NCBI RefSeq assembly: GCF_018350175.1
Contig: NC_058368.1
Location: 191,830,001 to 191,894,000, forward strand
Reading direction: 5' to 3'
Origin: Felis catus
Taxonomy: Eukaryota
DNA: 64,000 nt
In this document: piece by piece, positions 61,781 to 64,000 of the stretch
Position numbering within the stretch: the stretch's first letter is position 1
How the letters are laid out: the number at the start of each line of letters is the position of its first letter
Position numbers and translations under genes: made by a program
Notes under the pieces: model-generated
The model's input: only the letters and a program-made list of their open reading frames with translations
Database searches by the model: none
Told to the model about the DNA's origin: nothing

Positions 61781-62235
61781 GGGGCGCGTTGGTGGCTCAG
61801 TTGGTTAAATGTCAACTCTTGGTATCAGCTCAGGTCATGATCCCATGGTTCATGAGTTCGAGCCCCACATCGGGCTCTGTGCTGATAGTGCAGAGCCTGC
61901 TTGGGATTCTCCGTCTCCTTCTCTCTGCCCTGCCCCCACTCCCTATCTCTCTCTCAAAATAAATAAATAAACTTTAAAAAAGAATTTATGATGGGGCATC
62001 TGGGTAACTCAGTTGGTAAGGCATCCAACTTTGGCTCAGGTTACGATCTGTCACAGTTTATGGGTGTGAGCCCCACATCAGCTCTGTGCTGACATCTCAG
62101 AGCCTGGACCCTGCTTCGGATTTTGTCTCCCTCTCTCTCTGCCCCTCCCCTGCTCATGCTCTCTCTTTCTCTCAAAAATGAATAAACGTTAGGAAAAAAA
62201 TTTTAATAAAAAAATAAAAAAGAATTTATTTAAAA
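61781..62235 (+). mobile_element. Can-SINE (host); tail split by a second SINE
   Basis: Body 61781-61975; outer TSD AAAAACCTAA at 61770-61779 and 62236-62245. Confidence 0.93.
61993..62215 (+). mobile_element. Can-SINE nested in the tail of the preceding SINE
   Basis: TSD AAAAAAGAATTTAT at 61976-61989 and 62216-62229. Confidence 0.93.
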
Positions 62236-64000
62236 AAAAACCTAAGAAATGAATTTTAGGCTTTGGTTTTAGTGCTTTTAGAGGCATCCAATGGATTAGG
62301 TTACAAAGAGGATTGAGGTACAGTAAGTTGTGCACTGGGCTAGATCATTCTAGGATATTTTCTAATGCAGAGTCTAATATTCCAAGCCTCTTCAACATTT
62401 TCCAAATTTTAGTTTCACTAACTGCACATACTCTAAAGAATTACATTTAAGCTGACCTTTATCAACAAGCCAGTGCGCCCCATTGCAATCAAACTGCATT
62501 CTGAGTGGTTTCATGGCAACATCTGTGGCCACCAGGCAGATGAAAAGGTACAGGATAATCTATGCCACCACCCCCACTCCCATCCCCACAAATGAACCCA
62601 GGGGAGAAGACAGCCTCAGAGCTTTGAGGGTGGTTCTTATCAGGATGAGACTGGAACATCAAGATTTTCTGGTGGAGAGAAGAATCAGAGAGCTGGCTAT
62701 TTTTTTCCCCCACAACCTAGGACTCAAGACTCCCCTTTTGTACTTCATCTCCCCAGTGGCAAAATGTGGGAAAGGCCCCAGATAAACTTCATATTTCCTC
62801 CCAGCTCCAACATTCTGTGACTAAACTGTTAATGTGATCCAGTAACTTGCCTTTCATCTGTGCGCCCAGAAAAGTTAAACCAAAGAGAAACTACCAGAAG
62901 AATATCTAAGCTAAGATACAATTTGTCTTTGGGTAGACGGAAAGTTACTGTTCAAAGAACAATTTTTAATTTTCTCCCCAAGTAGCTTTCCCCAGGAGCC
63001 ATGCTTATGTTTCATTAAGGTTTTGGGTCAGACGCAGACAGGAGAGAAGTTATTCCTTGCTTGCCCAAGCTATAGCATACTTTACACCAAACCTTAAGAA
63101 GGTATAGACCCTAAGCTCTCCGGATGGTTTACCATCTTATCTAAAATTGAATAAATCAACTAAGTAAAGTTTATGCTCTGTAAAAATTCCATGTTAGCAC
63201 ACAAGTAAAGATGGAAGCAAAACCATTTACAAATAGATTATTAAGCCAGAAAATCTGCAGCCATCAAAGAGAAACAATGTTTTCAAGTTATTCAAGTTCA
63301 GTATCACATTGGCTAAAAGGCTACTAGCCAGTGTCTGTACTCACTACCTCCTACTTTTAATGATGCATTTGGATCTTCCTGTTGCTTTGGAGTATGTAAA
63401 TGAGCATCACTCAATTTGCATTTCTACCACTGAGACACTGAGATATCTGTAGGTGTATCAGAAGAAAGATACTTTGATAGATTGTGTAGATTAGCTCTAC
63501 TTCTCCACATAAGGGTCCATGAGGGAATCATCTAAATTTGTAACAGTACTGCCTGGGATCACCTTAATCATCTCTTCCCATGCAAAGATGAAAATCACCT
63601 GAGAAATTAGAATATGTTGAGAAAGAAGAAAAAAGGGATTGGGGGAAAATATCCAAACGCAGCCAGGATGCACATATAGTCTCCTGTTTATTTTAATTGA
63701 ATGGCTTGTGTCTTCAGGCCATCTCATTATTCTCCCCAGAGCAGAAATATTGAATGAAGGCACAAACCTCATTAACCTTTGAATGCTGAAATCAATAATC
63801 TGCAATATATCTAAGCTAATTTGTTGCCAATACATGTCTCAAAATGCTATGTTTTGTAGCTGAGGACATCGAGGGATGCGGTAAGAACTACCTTGTCCCC
63901 ATCAAGATATCTGGGGTTTGCCTTGTTGGTTTATAGAACCTTCTAATGTGAAATAAGTTAGTGACATTTACATAGAACATGGTTTTCCAGTGGGGTTAAT

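Noticed and set aside
1661..62215. tRNA-like A/B boxes (TGGCTCAGT.GG, GTTCGAGCC)
   Set aside because: SINE heads; none forms a complete tRNA gene
1..64000. CRISPR array, operon, CpG-island promoter or rRNA
   Set aside because: No regularly spaced repeats, no CpG island and no rRNA-like sequence; the window is mammalian non-coding DNA

Overview
Mammalian, AT-rich, repeat-dense non-coding DNA (intergenic or deep intronic), most likely from a felid. Basis: 16 tRNA-derived carnivore SINEs (Can-SINEs), two with the young felid-type head GGGGCGCCTGGG.GGCGCAGTCGGTT.AGCGTCCGACTTCAGCCAGGTCACGATC, and a young carnivore LINE-1. The only convincing protein-coding sequence is a ~4.9 kb 5'-truncated LINE-1 on the minus strand (47393-52323). 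It has an 18-bp target-site duplication (TSD), an open truncated ORF1, and an ORF2 broken only by two 1-bp deletions. The rest is older L1, L2, MIR, MLT/ERVL LTR and MER5/MER20/Tigger-type DNA-transposon relics (often nested), plus microsatellites and short unique stretches. I recognise no host gene and see no well-supported new biological system. The best leads are retrotransposition oddities (TSD-supplied ORF1 start codon, probable 3' transduction, poly(A)-only insertion, L1 inserted at its own homologous position) and a few weak exon or regulatory candidates. Repeat subfamily names come from remembered consensus sequences, and boundaries of old repeats are approximate.
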